Assembly (NCBI RefSeq): GCF_040938485.1
Contig: NW_027271171.1
Coordinates: 1 to 64,000 of the forward strand
DNA length: 64,000 nucleotides
Direction of reading: 5' to 3'
Origin: Diadema antillarum
Taxonomy: Eukaryota
Below, in pieces: positions 11,420-24,283 of the stretch. The notes under the pieces were generated by a model, which was not told the origin of the DNA, searched no databases, and saw nothing but the letters and a program-made list of their open reading frames with translations. Both the position numbers and the translations under genes were made by a program. Positions within the stretch are counted from its first letter, which is position 1. Every line of letters begins with the position of its first letter.

Positions 11420-13652
11420 CCATTCGTGCTAGAGCAGACATTGACAGAAGATATCCTGTTGAGCCCGATGAGAGTTGCAACTCACCTTTTGTCTGTATTC
11501 TCAGGTTTATCCTGTTTTCTGTTGGGTGAGGCACACTGTAACCACAGAAGTCCACATCGGGGCTGACAGTGACAAAGGGAAACACACATAATCTGATAAA
11601 AAGGGACTTCAGCCACTGGAATGAGTAAAGTCATTATTCAAGGACCTTCCATTAGTCAAATTCCACAGAGGGCTCCATTAAAACCTTGCTAATCAAATTA
11701 TCACTGAGTTCATGCCTGCTTTAATGTATTTAACTGGCTTAGATGCCTGATGAATGGGCTTCACTATCACATCATTACAGAATGGAGCGAAAGTAAGGAA
11801 CTAAAATAAGCAATATCCCAATAAGACTTGGATACTAAACCAAAATAATCAAGATTCAGACACCTTGAAATGGTCCATATCACTAAGGGAACTTAATTTC
11901 TCTTAATGTTTAAGATAACATTCTGCAATCTAACACAAAAGGGTGACAAAGAAAATGCGTACCTGTAAAAGTACTTAGTTACCATGTAACATGTCAAATA
12001 TAAATATCTTGATTGAATTTAATGCAAATGTAGCCCATAGCTAGCAGAAAAGAGAAATTATCATCTTAGACATTATTCACATACACTGTACTCTATTCTG
12101 ACTCATTTCTAGAGTTGTAGATGCAAAAATAAGGGAAGGCAGCTTTGAATGCAACAAAGAAAGATATGAATGAAAGGAATATTTGTTGTGTACTGGTTTA
12201 CTTACTCTTTCATGATAATATATCTCAGTGCATTTCCAAGTGTGTGGTCTTCACCGTGCATAACAAATGTCACAGATGTGGTCTTATCCAGGTTCTCTGT
12301 CATCTGTGCTGTTTGCACCTGTGATTCACGAATAATTGGATCAAAAGGACAATAGCAAAGAACTTTACATGTCTCTTAGAAACACACTAGGACATCTGTT
12401 ACTACAATTCTTTCACAAGGGAGTGAAAGGATGGACTGAGAAAAAGGATAAGAGTGCACAAAGGATCATGAGTTTGCCATTAAAATGCTATCACTGTTAG
12501 CACTGAAAGATGGTTTCTCAAAGAAAGCTCCAACCACTGGGCTCAGCTGCATTATTTATGACACCACGCACAACCAAACAGACTATTAGCTAGCAAAATT
12601 GTAAAGCATGACAGCTCGAAGCACGTGCTGAAAGAGTTGATCTCGAACAGTTGGCCAGATGACACAAGCTTGGTGCTAAAGGTACAAGAAGGTACAATGT
12701 ACACTGTAGTTTACTACATACGCATACGGTATACATTAGTCAACATGTAATAATTTACTTGTTGGGACATTGATTGAAGCATAATTCTGTAACAGTTCGA
12801 CAGCATCACTGCAGCCATGCCATGGTTGTGGGTGTGATGCGAGTGCATCACTGTATAGTTTCATATCTTTATTTCTTTCCATTATATTGATCATTGACCA
12901 ATGATACAATGTATTGGCCCATCTCATTGGCATCGGGCTCATCACAATTTTCTTGCAAATCGTTCTTCTACAGAGTTCTAGGCTACGTTATCTCAAGTGA
13001 AATACTTTGCTTGCATGTCCAGCCAGTAACTAGCGGTAAATGGAGATATAAACAACCCTCAGCAGGCTTCTCCTATTATCACTGGCCACTTAATTCAATC
13101 CAGTTTGGTGTCAACCCTCACTTGGATTGAAAAAAAGGCAGTGCTGGACTCAGATTCTCTGCTTAAGAGTTTGAACATGAGACACAATTTCATGGTCGTA
13201 AGCGACACAAAGCAGGATATAATTTATCAATTGGAAACGTCTACGTCTAGACATGATGTGATACTTATCAATATCATCAGACATTAAATCTAAAGTTTAC
13301 AGCATCACTACATGGCAGAATGTTCTATCAATCTTCTGCTTTAAATATATAAAACTAAGACGTCAGATGTCTTAGATTTACGTGACACCGTGGTCATTGA
13401 TCAACTGATCAATGGAGTACACTGGTGCAGTAATTATACACATGTCTAGATCAGATACAATGTACATATGAAGCTGTGCTAAAACACACACACACATTTA
13501 GCAGTACACGGGACTAACATGGGCTATCGACAATCATTTTATCGAGCTTCATCGGGAGTTACAGGTATGTCTGGACTTCAACAGTAATAAATAAAGTAAA
13601 GTTTACTTACAAATCCTAGTCTCCCACTCCCTTTGACCTCTGTACTCGCCAT
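9757..13652 (-). CDS. POLR1D: DNA-directed RNA polymerases I and III subunit RPAC2 (AC19), 5 exons, 118 aa
   Basis: join complement(13611-13652,12206-12318,11486-11562,10470-10549,9757-9801) = 357 nt; all introns GT-AG with matching phases (0,2,1,0). Protein MASTEVKGSGRLGFVQTAQMTENLDKTTSVTFVMHGEDHTLGNALRYIIMKDPDVDFCGYSVPHPTENRINLRIQTKGSPAAAAFTRGLSNLSDVCDHIQETFKDSVQKYKDRMMDIQ carries the EDHTLGN.LRY and FCGY..PHP.E..INLRIQT signatures. Confidence 0.95.
10470..10549 (-). CDS. POLR1D: POLR1D coding exon 4
   Basis: TAG acceptor, GTACGG donor; encodes GSPAAAAFTRGLSNLSDVCDHIQETFK. Confidence 0.92.
11384..11416. repeat. (AC)n microsatellite
   Basis: Direct reading. Confidence 0.95.
11486..11562 (-). 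CDS. POLR1D: POLR1D coding exon 3
   Basis: CAG acceptor, GTGAGT donor; encodes PDVDFCGYSVPHPTENRINLRIQTK. Confidence 0.95.
12206..12318 (-). CDS. POLR1D: POLR1D coding exon 2
   Basis: CAG acceptor, GTAAGT donor; encodes VQTAQ...TFVMHGEDHTLGNALRYIIMK. Confidence 0.95.
13611..13652 (-). CDS. POLR1D: POLR1D coding exon 1 (MASTEVKGSGRLGF)
   Basis: ATG at 13652 followed by a GTAAGT donor, phase 0, in frame with exon 2; less conserved, so a little less certain. Confidence 0.85.
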
Positions 13653-13842
13653 CTCTTGTAGTTAGTCCCGTAACCCCAGTGAAAATCGCTTGGCAGTCGA
13701 AGTGCAGGCGTCCTACCACACAACACGTGCAGCGCTATGCTCTAGCTGCTATACGCGATATACTGTAGCTCATCAACAATGAAGTGATCGCCCCCCCCCC
13801 CCCCTCCCCAGCCCCTGCGCACACTGATCTCTAGGAAAAAAG

Positions 13843-13979
13843 NNNNNNNNNNNNNNNNNNNNNNNNNNNNNNNNNNNNNNNNNNNNNNNNNNNNNNNNNN
13901 NNNNNNNNNNNNNNNNNNNNNNNNNNNNNNNNNNNNNNNNNNNNNNNNNNNNNNNNNNNNNNNNNNNNNNNNNNNNNNN
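13843..13979. other. Assembly gap (N run)
   Basis: 137 N. Confidence 1.
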
Positions 13980-14280
13980 TCATGGAGATGAGTGGTGCAT
14001 GCATTTTTGTCACATCCGACTTGGAGGCTGTGTAGCTAGGAATAAAGAATCTGTTTTTCAAGATCGCCATATAAATCCCCAAAAACAATTAGGTCCTACA
14101 GTAAAATATTGCAAATAACAAATTGCAACATTACAAATTACCAATGGCAATAGCCTCTTGCAAACTGTTGTTCTCCACCACCTATACGCTCTTATTTCGG
14201 ATTCTTCTGTACACGGATTCGAAATATAGTATAGAAACTAGATTACGAAAATTGGGATTCAACCATGTCTCTGTCAGACC

Positions 14281-14458
14281 CAGCGGCGGATCCAAAGGGG
14301 GGGGGGGGGGGGGGCGCAACCGGCGCACGTCCCCCTTTATTTTTTGTTAAAAACAATAGAAATAAAAAGAAAAAAATGAAATGAAACCCGGAAGTGGCAC
14401 TAGAAATATTAGTTGCGCCCCCCCCCCCCCCTTTACAGAATTCCTGGATCCGCCCCTG
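14281..14458. mobile_element. MITE, CAG(C/G)GGCGGATCCA TIR, 6-bp TSD
   Basis: TIR CAGCGGCGGATCCA / TGGATCCGCCCCTG; CAGACC on both flanks; near-identical to 55150-55318 in the opposite orientation. Confidence 0.85.
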
Positions 14459-14620
14459 CAGACCTATGACGGAACATATACATTTTTGATTTAGATCAGA
14501 GTTTTCTAAACATAAACGCAACCAATCAAAATTTCTACTTATATACCACGTATGTTCAAGTGAGCTAAAATCAACAAACAAACAAACAAACAAAAATGAT
14601 ATTATCAGCAGTATTCATGA

Positions 14621-14697
14621 TAATTATCATAATTATCATTTTTATTTTTATTATTATTATTGTTATTATCATTATTATTATTATCATTATTATTATT
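14621..14697. repeat. (ATT/ATC)n microsatellite
   Basis: Direct reading; it produces the spurious poly-Ile ORF. Confidence 0.9.
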
Positions 14698-15968
14698 TAT
14701 GGTAATAAAACGTATGTATATTTCAATCAATGTTTTCTAGGAGTACTTTCATTAAGTATACTCGGGAGGTTATCTTCTGTTTCATTCATTATTCTAATGG
14801 TATATAATGTACACTGTAAACACTTTATACATAAACCTGTGCTTTGTAACATATACATGACTTGTTGTATATCCATAGTACGGTTCATGTGCCCTTGTAA
14901 ATAGTGTATATATGGTGTTTTTGTTATTTCACTCAGCCTTATCCTTGATAATATTTTGTCTACAATCTGTAAGGGGACTACATCTAACAAGCAGTGCTTC
15001 TAAGTAGTCCCCTCCACATTTGTACATAGTGTTATTTTTATCTCAGAATATCACGATATTTTGTATAAACATGTAATATACTCTGTATAGTTTTGATATA
15101 ATGTCCACTATGTGTTATACCCTGTATATTTTATCATATAATGTCCACTATGTGGAATATGAATAAATTTCATTTCATTTCATATCATATAGGCCTATTG
15201 TTTATATGGGCTTACAGTAAAAGCATGGTTGGCTCTGCGCAGGATCATTCGAATAAAAATTGTACTAGTATCAAACTTCTTGTGCAGAAGTAAGCCTAAT
15301 AGGCCTATATTTATTCGATATGCTTCATAAGAACTGAGAATTTTGTTTACCTGATCGGATGCAACAAATGCCAGACTGTGTCATACAATTCATCATTATT
15401 CAATGAATTAAATACAAATGTTGGATTAGCCATATAGGTTTAAAAGAAAACACACTGGTGTTGGCGGACTTTCCACCTGGACCTGGAGACACCCGTTACC
15501 GTGGCCAGCAGCCCCATCTGAGTCATGACCATGACAATTGCTATTCCAGCCAGAGTTACTATCATATCAACTTTTTATGAAACGGGGCCAGGCCTAATTT
15601 CATAAAAGAAGTTAGGATAGCAACCACAGGACCGAGGTGGTTTCATGTAATGAGTCACTCCATGTTCGGGTTGACTTTCATCAGATAAAATAGAATAAAA
15701 TCAAATGGAGTGGTAGACATACGGGAGACAATAAGTAGCAGATGAATAATCAGGTATATAAAAAGACAATTAGTTGGAAGCTTTACCTGTTGCACAGAAT
15801 AGTTTATATGTGGTGTATACGTTGGTCGCATCACAAAAATGTGAATGATGTGATTATGGTCACCTCACAACTCTACTATTTGCTTCGCACAGAAACACAC
15901 ACTCAAACACACAGATACAGACATTTTTTTTCTTTCAAAATCTTTATTTTATTTCCTCCAAAATAATT

Positions 15969-16630
15969 CAGTAACAAATCAATCATTATATAACCAATTA
16001 TAAGAATTGCCTTTTCGACGATATGAATTTACAACAGAACTAGTAACAATATTATGTCATAACAATAAAAAACAACAACACGTGAAACATGTCTCGCGTG
16101 GGATTAAAAAAAAGCAACCCACCTAATACTTGACCTATGATTCAATAACAAATCCATCATTTAAAGCCAATGCTCACAATATGATATTGCATTTTCTACA
16201 ATGAAGATTCATAACAGAAATAATAACAATATTTGCACTCACACACACCCACACCCACACTCTTTTCTTTCGAAATCGAAATTTCTTTCGAAGTACCCAG
16301 TAACAAATTAATCATAAAACCAGTTTTTACATTTTCATTTTCTACGATACGAATTCATAACAGGATTAGTAATAATATATCATAACAGTGAAAAAAGCAC
16401 ATAAAAACCTGCCTCACTTGCATGGATTTACAAAAACAAACAAACCACAAAACAAAATAATGGAAACCATCTATTACTAACTTGACCTATGATTCAATAG
16501 CAAATCAGTCATGTTAAAAGCAATTCTTACAATAAAATAATGCAGTTTCTACAATAAAGATTCATAACAGAACTATAGTTAGAATATTTGACACACATAC
16601 ACACACACGCACACACACACACCACACCCA
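15969..16630. repeat. Diverged tandem duplication of about 330 bp
   Basis: Both copies share the order CAGTAACAAAT..ATC / GAATT..AACAG / ACTTGACCTATGATTCAATA.CAAATC / TTTCTACAAT.AAGATTCATAACAGAA / (CA)n. Confidence 0.7.
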
Positions 16631-16778
16631 CAACTATTCTAACAATAATGCTCTTGGTCAATGATAGCAACAACTTTCTCCAAAAAGTCATCAGTATTGT
16701 AGGTCATTACAATGAAACAGTAACTTGATACCAAAGATGCATTTTTTTTGCTTTGCTTTTTGTTTTTGTTTTCGTTCT

Positions 16779-16873
16779 TTCATTAAGAATACATTTAATG
16801 AATTTGTAGGTCAACGACAATGGGATTCATTAAGAATACATTTAATGAATTTGTAGGTCAACGACAATGGGAT
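16779..16873. repeat. Perfect 47-bp tandem duplication
   Basis: CATTAAGAATACATTTAATGAATTTGTAGGTCAACGACAATGGGAT repeated with period 47. Confidence 0.9.
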
Positions 16874-17129
16874 ACCTGTGACATGGTGACATAAATGCTT
16901 CATTATGTTGTTCTGCCTATGTCGCGAATAATACTTTTTCAAAAAAAAATGTCAGTAAAACATTAAAATTCCGTAACAATTTCATCTGACTTGTTAGAGT
17001 CTGAGGAAACGTCTACCATACTACTTATCTGATGAATTTTGACGTTACCCTTTCCACCCAAGCCAACTTGAAAGATAGATTAAGCATTTATTCTAAGTTC
17101 TCATAAAAGGAGTAAGAATTGAGGAATAA

Positions 17130-17460
17130 AGCGCATTGCCCATACATTGAGCACTCCTGCTGCTTCCGGTATGAGAATCGAACCGTTGACCTCCAGACTA
17201 GCGTTGATGGTCTTATGACAGACTTACAAACAACTTGATCACAAAAATTTCGAGATATCATGCAACACATCAAGCTTTTTAAGGCCATAAACAGTGTGTC
17301 TGATCGGTATTTAAAAGAGCTGTTTACACACGCCATACAATCTTCGTGCCATCGGTACTCTCGTTTTCCCCAAACCCCAAACTTCAACATGGCGCAAATC
17401 TTTAGATCATTGTCTATATCAACAATAGCAAATTACCATTATATGTATTTCTTTGAAACG
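17130..17460. mobile_element. Decayed retroposon fragments (tRNA-like B box on minus strand; CR1/L2-like tail on plus strand)
   Basis: GGTTCGATTC on the minus strand near 17170; plus-strand LFKAINSVSDRYLKELFT resembles CR1/L2 ORF2 C-termini. Weak. Confidence 0.3.
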
Positions 17461-17745
17461 TAGATATTTGCTGAATATATTGAATTGTTATAATGGATGT
17501 CATTTTGATTCTGTATATCTTTTGATGTGATTTTGTATATTTTTATGTTACTGTTATGAATATGTATGTTAAAATCGAGTACACAGAGTTTGTTTTCTTC
17601 TTGTTTTCTCCATTGGTAGAACAGCTCCGAACTCCTGGCGCAGCTGAGTGGGACCATCCAGCCGCAGTTTAATGTACTTTCATGATAACTTCTTTGTATT
17701 ATTCAATGTTAAGTAATGTGCATATTTTCATCTTGCGGGAGTAAA

Positions 17746-17822
17746 ATCAATCAATCAATCAATCAATATAAATCAATCAATCAATAGTAATCAATCAATC
17801 AATCGATCAATCAATCAATCAA
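17746..17822. repeat. (TCAA)n microsatellite, possibly a LINE tail
   Basis: Direct reading. Confidence 0.9.
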
Positions 17823-17902
17823 AGCGACCACGATCCATGTAGTCTTTCTCTTCAGAACTTCTCAATACTGCTCAATGTTCCTATAAAGTCCAGTACAGCA
17901 TC

Positions 17903-18160
17903 AGGTGATTTTCGTTATTTCGAAGGTTTGTTAATCCGAAAATGAAACAAAGTTCGTGATTCCGAAGGTTCGGCAATCCGAAAATGAAATAAAGAAAGAA
18001 AGAAGACTTACGAACCGTATTTCATTTTCGAATTAGAGAACCTTCGGAATAACGAACCTTCGGAGCAATGAACGAACTATCGGAATATCGAACATTATTT
18101 AATTTTCGGGTCAACGAATTACCTTCGGAATGACGAATTAAATTCGGGATAACGAATTAT
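17903..18160. mobile_element. Modular foldback MITE (GGTGATRTTCGTTATTCCGAA family), copy 1
   Basis: Left arm built from CCGAAGGTTCGTTA(A/T)TCCGAA modules and right arm from their reverse complement. Confidence 0.7.
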
Positions 18161-19187
18161 TGTTATACCTTCTGAATAACGAATTAAGTGTAACCAACAT
18201 TATCACTGCTAATGAGAACTATGCAACTCGTACTCTGTATTATTTCTTTCAGTTCAATCTAAATTTCCAGGGATTTGTTGTAATTTGTCTTGGTTTAGTC
18301 ACAAATTCCATACTAGATCGACGAGAAAGGAACAAAGTGATTCTCACCTTTGTGATATAGATAAGGGGTAACAGTTAGCATTTGAAAGAAAGAGGCATTA
18401 TGAAATAAAGGCAATTATTTCGAATTTTTCCTTTTTATTTTCGCGTGACTGAGGTCACAGTTTGGCAACATTGGGATGCCATTTATACTTATATATACAA
18501 TTCATACTCCCAAGGTCTCTGGAGGTAAGGGCTAGGGGCTGGGGGAAGGATTTACATTTAGACATCTGTCTCTTTCTCTCTCTGTATTCCTGTCTATCTC
18601 TCTCACGCGCGTCTCGGCCGAGGCATGCATAGCTTCTCAGTAACACTATGGAAGAAGATGTTGAAGTAGCATGCGGGCCATGATTAACGGCATATGTCGC
18701 CCCTTACGGGCCTCCTCGCGGCAACAAGAGTTCGATAGGAACACAGCTTCATTATTATTGCGTCAAAATGTAACTCTTTCGTCATTATCCCGCAGGCAGT
18801 GCAGCAAACAGACGCCTATCTCACATGGTCCCCTTTCTCAGTTTCTTCCCCCTTCTCCCTCTCCTTTTCCTTTTCCATTTCTTTATTTCTTTCTCGTCTT
18901 TCTTTCAATTTTTCTATTTATTATTGTCATTATTTATTTTTCCTTTCACTTGTTGTCTCGTCTTATACTTTTGTCTCACGAATCCACTCTATTCTTTGCC
19001 GAAAATTGATTACAAAAACAACAGTTGTGACGTCAGTGTCAGGTTCAAAAAGGCACAAATTTAATTTCTGCTGACAATGACAATGGCTGTATGAAATTGC
19101 ATGCAGCCAAAGAGATGAAGAAAGAGAGAGAGAGAATGATGAGAGGGAGAAGTATAGTAAGAAAGAAAGAAAAACAGAGAGGAGGAT

Positions 19188-19213
19188 AGATAGATAGATA
19201 GATAGATAGATAG
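19188..19213. repeat. (GATA)n microsatellite
   Basis: Direct reading. Confidence 0.9.
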
Positions 19214-22200
19214 AAAAAGAAAATCTTACGGAAATTTACCGCAAGGCAAACCTATCGTAAACGACAAGTATAAAACTGGAAACAACAGACCAATGCAGCT
19301 TCTTCTTTCTTTTCTTCTCTTTTTTTTTCGCACATGACAGGTCTGTAACAACAAAACATATTCTAGAACAACGACAGCAACAAGAAAACAGTCCAAGGGT
19401 TTGCTCAAATTGAAGAACATTGTGCCTTTTCGTATTCTCTCTCTCTCTCTCTCTAGAGAGAGAGGATTTTGGTCCATTCTGTAAATCTTTCATAATGAAT
19501 AATCAATCTCTGCCTCTTTGAAGTACGAGAGTGCGATGCAAGTGACGTCACAGCCATGTGAACAAGTTACGTACTCTTGGCCTAGGGTGTCTCCAAGGTA
19601 CATTTTGGTTGAAGTTCAAATGGTTAACGTTTATCAATAACAGCTTACTTTCGCTTGCACTAGCTTTCATTCCTCATGTTTGCCCGTATACCAGTGAAAA
19701 AATAATATCAATTTTTCTCTTTCAAACTCTGTCCACGCTTGTCATAACACGGTGCATGTGCTTGATGCGATTACATGGGCGAACTGCCTCTATGTGTCAC
19801 CTACAATCGCAATTCAATATTGCGATGACCCGTTGCTTTGCTGGCCTCTCAAGCCTCCCCGCAAAGCCGCAACTGATGCGCCCACTCTCCAGTGAGAACG
19901 TAACAGCTTTTGTGAGTATATCACCCTTTCCTGTGCCCCCTATCTAAATATCGCGGGAGAATTGGTATAGAGAAGTGTCCTTCTTGTGAGTGCGGGCTAC
20001 AGTATTTTGAATCTCAATGGTACTCGGGGAAGGAGGCGCCAAAAGCTTTAAAAAAATCAGAACGTCTTAATGTCCGTCTGCGACTATTTTAGTAATCAGC
20101 GGCATTCGATTCATTGACATAGCAGTATTGCTTCTCGAGGGCAAGTCGAAAGGAAGATTCATTTTGGCAGTGCGGATCGCCATTGCGTTGAGATATTATA
20201 CTTTCAGTGGGGAGGAGAATAATGATGATATAGAGGTCGACCTCCAGCGCTGAACTCTGGGCGTCTAGAGATTTGCCAGAGTAGCTCGATGGTGAGCGTG
20301 CAGAATTGTCGATGCTGCCATATTGTGGCGACCAGTTGTGAGCAGACCTGTAGGCACTGGTGACGGATATAGTACTCATGTCAGGTGTTTCTGGATGATT
20401 GACGGGTGCAACACTTCAGACAACGGTGAGTTGCGAAACAATTAAAACCAAAGAAATCAATCATCAGTATACAATATCAACAGCCAGAAGGAAAAATATA
20501 ATCGTTTGTCTATTGATATTTGAAATATTCCCCTTATTTGCAATGATTTGAGCTCCTAGTATACATTATCATATTTTGCTGATTCGATTCGATTAAATTT
20601 CGTTTCATACTTATAGCCAAGGGACTTTAACGAAAATATCTAACAATGCGGGCAAACACAGATTACGTGATAAAAATAATTTGGCCAAAACTTTGTCTTA
20701 ACTACCATCTTATTATCAGTGACAGCAGAATGAAATGCACACTATGTATGTCTAAGGTGAAAATGGGGTTGCACAGGAGATCATAATTTGCGTGTGACTT
20801 ACATGATATTTTTCATTGTATACTCTCTGCAAAAGGAATATGTTTTTTTTCTCGATATTTTGATACTGACTTTTCGGGTCGAATGTCACTAGGAAGAGAT
20901 AATTTCAGGACGATTACATTCATCAGTGATATTATACTGTGACAGTGGTACCCCCCCCATATTTTTTTTCTTTGTTCCATTTACAGGATATACAGTTAAA
21001 TACATGCCATATAAAGAGGTTTACTGGCAATTGTAAGACTGAGTGTTGGAATAGGCTATACTCATAAGTACAGTGCATTACCCATGCATGGCAATGTCAT
21101 TACGATGCGAGAATGTTGAGGCACATGTATACGGTAAACAATGTACAAGTGAATTGACTTTAGCTGATGAAAATTAGGCTGCTAGGTTCCATCATAGTAG
21201 AATGATTGTTTACAAATAATGTGAGTAGAAAGGGTCAAGGTCACCTTCACACACTAGCACGTGATTGATGCCGACGGCAAGGCCCCTGGGTACGCGCATC
21301 GCATACACACAGCATTGTTTAACACGTGCGTGATTTTCAGCCAGTTTCACACACGCATTGAGCTCATTTGCATATAGCTCACCCAGGAGAATTGGACTTG
21401 TACGCGTATAATCTTTGTATCACAATGCGTACGTAACATATATTTCTGTGTAGAGCGAGAATATATCTCTGGCAATTGCATGAAATGCACAGAATTGCAG
21501 ATTGCATTACTGAAGTGGACGTAAAGTAGGTTCTTTTGTCGCAAATTGAACTTCAGAGGGATCCAAATGTCAATCCCTTCTTCAGAATCTGATTGGTTAA
21601 CTAAGTCTCTTTTTGGCGGCATGCTACTTTACTACTAACCAATCGCTGCTCTGTCCGCAAAAACTCTCCGCCAATCACAGTTAATAGAGAAGGGATGAGT
21701 GACTTGAGGCAAGGGTGAGCCAAGGGGTACTGATGTTGGAACATAACCCTGCCCCCGTTAGAGCTCATTTGCATAGAGCGTACCCTGGATGTTTTGCCTT
21801 GTAGGCTTATAATCATTGCGACGGCAATGTTATGGAAGATGTTTTTGTTACGAGCATCAAGAATCCAGAAATGTCTAGTGAATGTGGTGTCAAATGAGGA
21901 AATTGATACGCTAGAAATGTTTTAAAATGTGTATTTTGAGGAGTGAAACGGCAATTGCAGGATCCACTGGATTGAATCTCCCACTTAATTATTGAACTCC
22001 TATTGGTCAGTTCTGCAGCTGAAGTGAAAGTGTACAAAATATTAACCAATCAAAGCTCATTATAGCAATGCATTTCAACCAATAAGCTTTCAGCATTAGT
22101 AAGGCTGACGGAAAGGAACTTGCCGTCGGGTAAGCTTGACAAAAGTGAAGGGTCAAAACTTTCACTTGCACTTTGACCTGATCCTTCTCAACAGCCATAT

Positions 22201-24283
22201 ATTGCAGTTTCAGCTCCTCTTCGATCCTAGCTTCTAGCTCCTAAATAGTTCAACGCATCTTCTCAGAGTGAGTAGACTTTAGGGATAGAATAGATGGTTA
22301 TATTTTTGCAATTGTCAAAAGTGTCTGTGTAGACACTGCTCTCTTTCTCTTTCTCTCTCTTTGTCGGTGTTCAGAGATAATGTTGGTTGAGGTGAAATCT
22401 TTTTTTTTTAATGTTTCGGTGAAACCTTTTTTTTTAGCTTCTGGTTCAAATAAAGACTTGGTTTCGGTCGTGTCTGTAGCGCGACTTTAGATACTGCGGC
22501 CAAGTTTTCAGTCTAGCCTGCACCAATTTGTCTCTCCGACCAGTAGTGATATACGATGTGCTGATTTTCTTTTTTCTCTCTCTCTTTCTTTCTCTCTCTC
22601 TCTCAACCGCTGATAGATTAGATAGAGGTTAGAATATAGAATGAGATTTAAACTTTTATCTATTAGAAAGTGAGGGTAATAATATTTGGAGGGATGTTAA
22701 AATCATATGAGTATTCATATCACGTTCAGAATGTTTGATGCGATATGTTGTTAAGCAGAAATTCATGATTAGAATGCATACGGCAGAATAATTGATATGA
22801 AGTTGAAAGTGTTATGTCATTGGTTTGATATCATCTAATTGGATTACAAGGAAAAGTATGAGAACACAATGTATTTCATTTGTTTGTGTAACTTTTATTA
22901 AATACTTTACAGGCACCATGCAGCCCAGCAACGAGAAAATGACAAAACAAAATTACATTTGGGATCCAGGGATTTTGGTCTAATATTTTTGTAGGACTGA
23001 CAAAATGAGGGAAAACGACTAGATTTGTTTGACTATTGGCTTACGAAATTGATCGATTACTTAAATGCGGGAAAAACATGAATGGCTATTTGTTTGACTA
23101 TCGGTTTATGGTATGAATTTGGATGAAGTACATTCTGAGGAAAATGTTAAATTTGAACTTTGGATAGTTCACAGATTTATGGATTATGACATAGGTTGGT
23201 AAAACTTGTGGTTAAAATGTAAGCTGAAGGTATATTTTCAGGAGAATCAGAGTGTGTCTCACAAGCAACAAACAAAAGAGTGTGTCAAGGCTGGTTGATA
23301 GGGAAAATTTCTAAGTCAAGAAATATTGGCATTTACTTATTGATACTTTGTAGAAATAGCCTGACTAGGCTTGGTCCCCAGGTAATGGTGTACTCCAAGG
23401 TGATATTTATTGGTTGTTAGAGTGAATAGGGAATTCCCTAATATACAGAGTATAAGAGTGAGAATATTGAAAGTTATTATAATTCTGAATATCCAAGGAT
23501 ATTTTTTTTATTTGAGTCTCTAACCGTCGAAGGTAGAGATGTGCTGTGATAGTTAATAGACTTACAGACAGCAAGGGCCGAGGCTTGGGAATGTCGGCTA
23601 CCCAAGACCTGAAGACAGTAGCTTATAAAGTTTACCTTGGTAGTGATACCTGGGAGTTTATGCTCGAGGCCAGAGTATGCACACAGACGTGGGTTGAGTA
23701 GGGGCCACAGTCACCGACACAGAGAGTGATGTGAGCAGCCTGGGGTGGTTCCGTATTTTGTTTGTTTCCCTGAGAGGAGGATAGTTTAGGAATTATAAGG
23801 AAGAAAGAGGAAAGTAACTTGGCCAGTTACTGGGTCGGTTGACGTGTATTTAAGAAGAGCGAGTAGGATAGGCAAAGGAGATGCCTGGTACGGGTCAATC
23901 TTTATAAAGCTGTAGGAAAGAAAAGGTCCATAAGCTTAGACTTATGTGGAATAGAAGTCTAACGAAACACACAAGTGAATCATTGCCCTATAATCTACTT
24001 TATCCCAATCCCTTACCCTTCCCTACCCCCCCCCCCCCACTCATCTTGTAAATCTATAGTGCAGTGAAGTTCTGAGGTTACTCAAGGAAGTGTGGTACAA
24101 ATTGAAGCCACTTAGGATTCTGAGAGGGAAGTGACACTTAAGGTTGTACAGTACGAGTTGAAGGTACTCAGAATTCTGAGAGATAAGACACGAACAGTGT
24201 TGAATATTCCAAGACACTTTGTGTAACACCGATGAGTAGTACCATACATATAGAGCTGTACTAGGATATTTGAAACCTAATAC

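Noticed and set aside
12780-13290. Intronic C/D snoRNA in POLR1D intron 1
   Set aside because: C-box-like TGATGA motifs exist on the sense strand, but I found no convincing D box with a terminal stem or an rRNA guide.
13831-14088. ORF MFLGIYMAILKNRFF... running into the gap
   Set aside because: Its length is inflated by Ns and it has no recognisable domain; it cannot be evaluated.
15560-15615. Hairpin TTTTATGAAACGGGGC-CAG-GCCTAATTTCATAAAAG
   Set aside because: It is best explained as two abutting ends of a common Harbinger-like MITE family; the other ends are not visible, so it was not called as a feature.
17150-17200. tRNA gene
   Set aside because: Only a B-box-like GGTTCGATTC is present; there is no A box or cloverleaf, so it is at most a SINE remnant.
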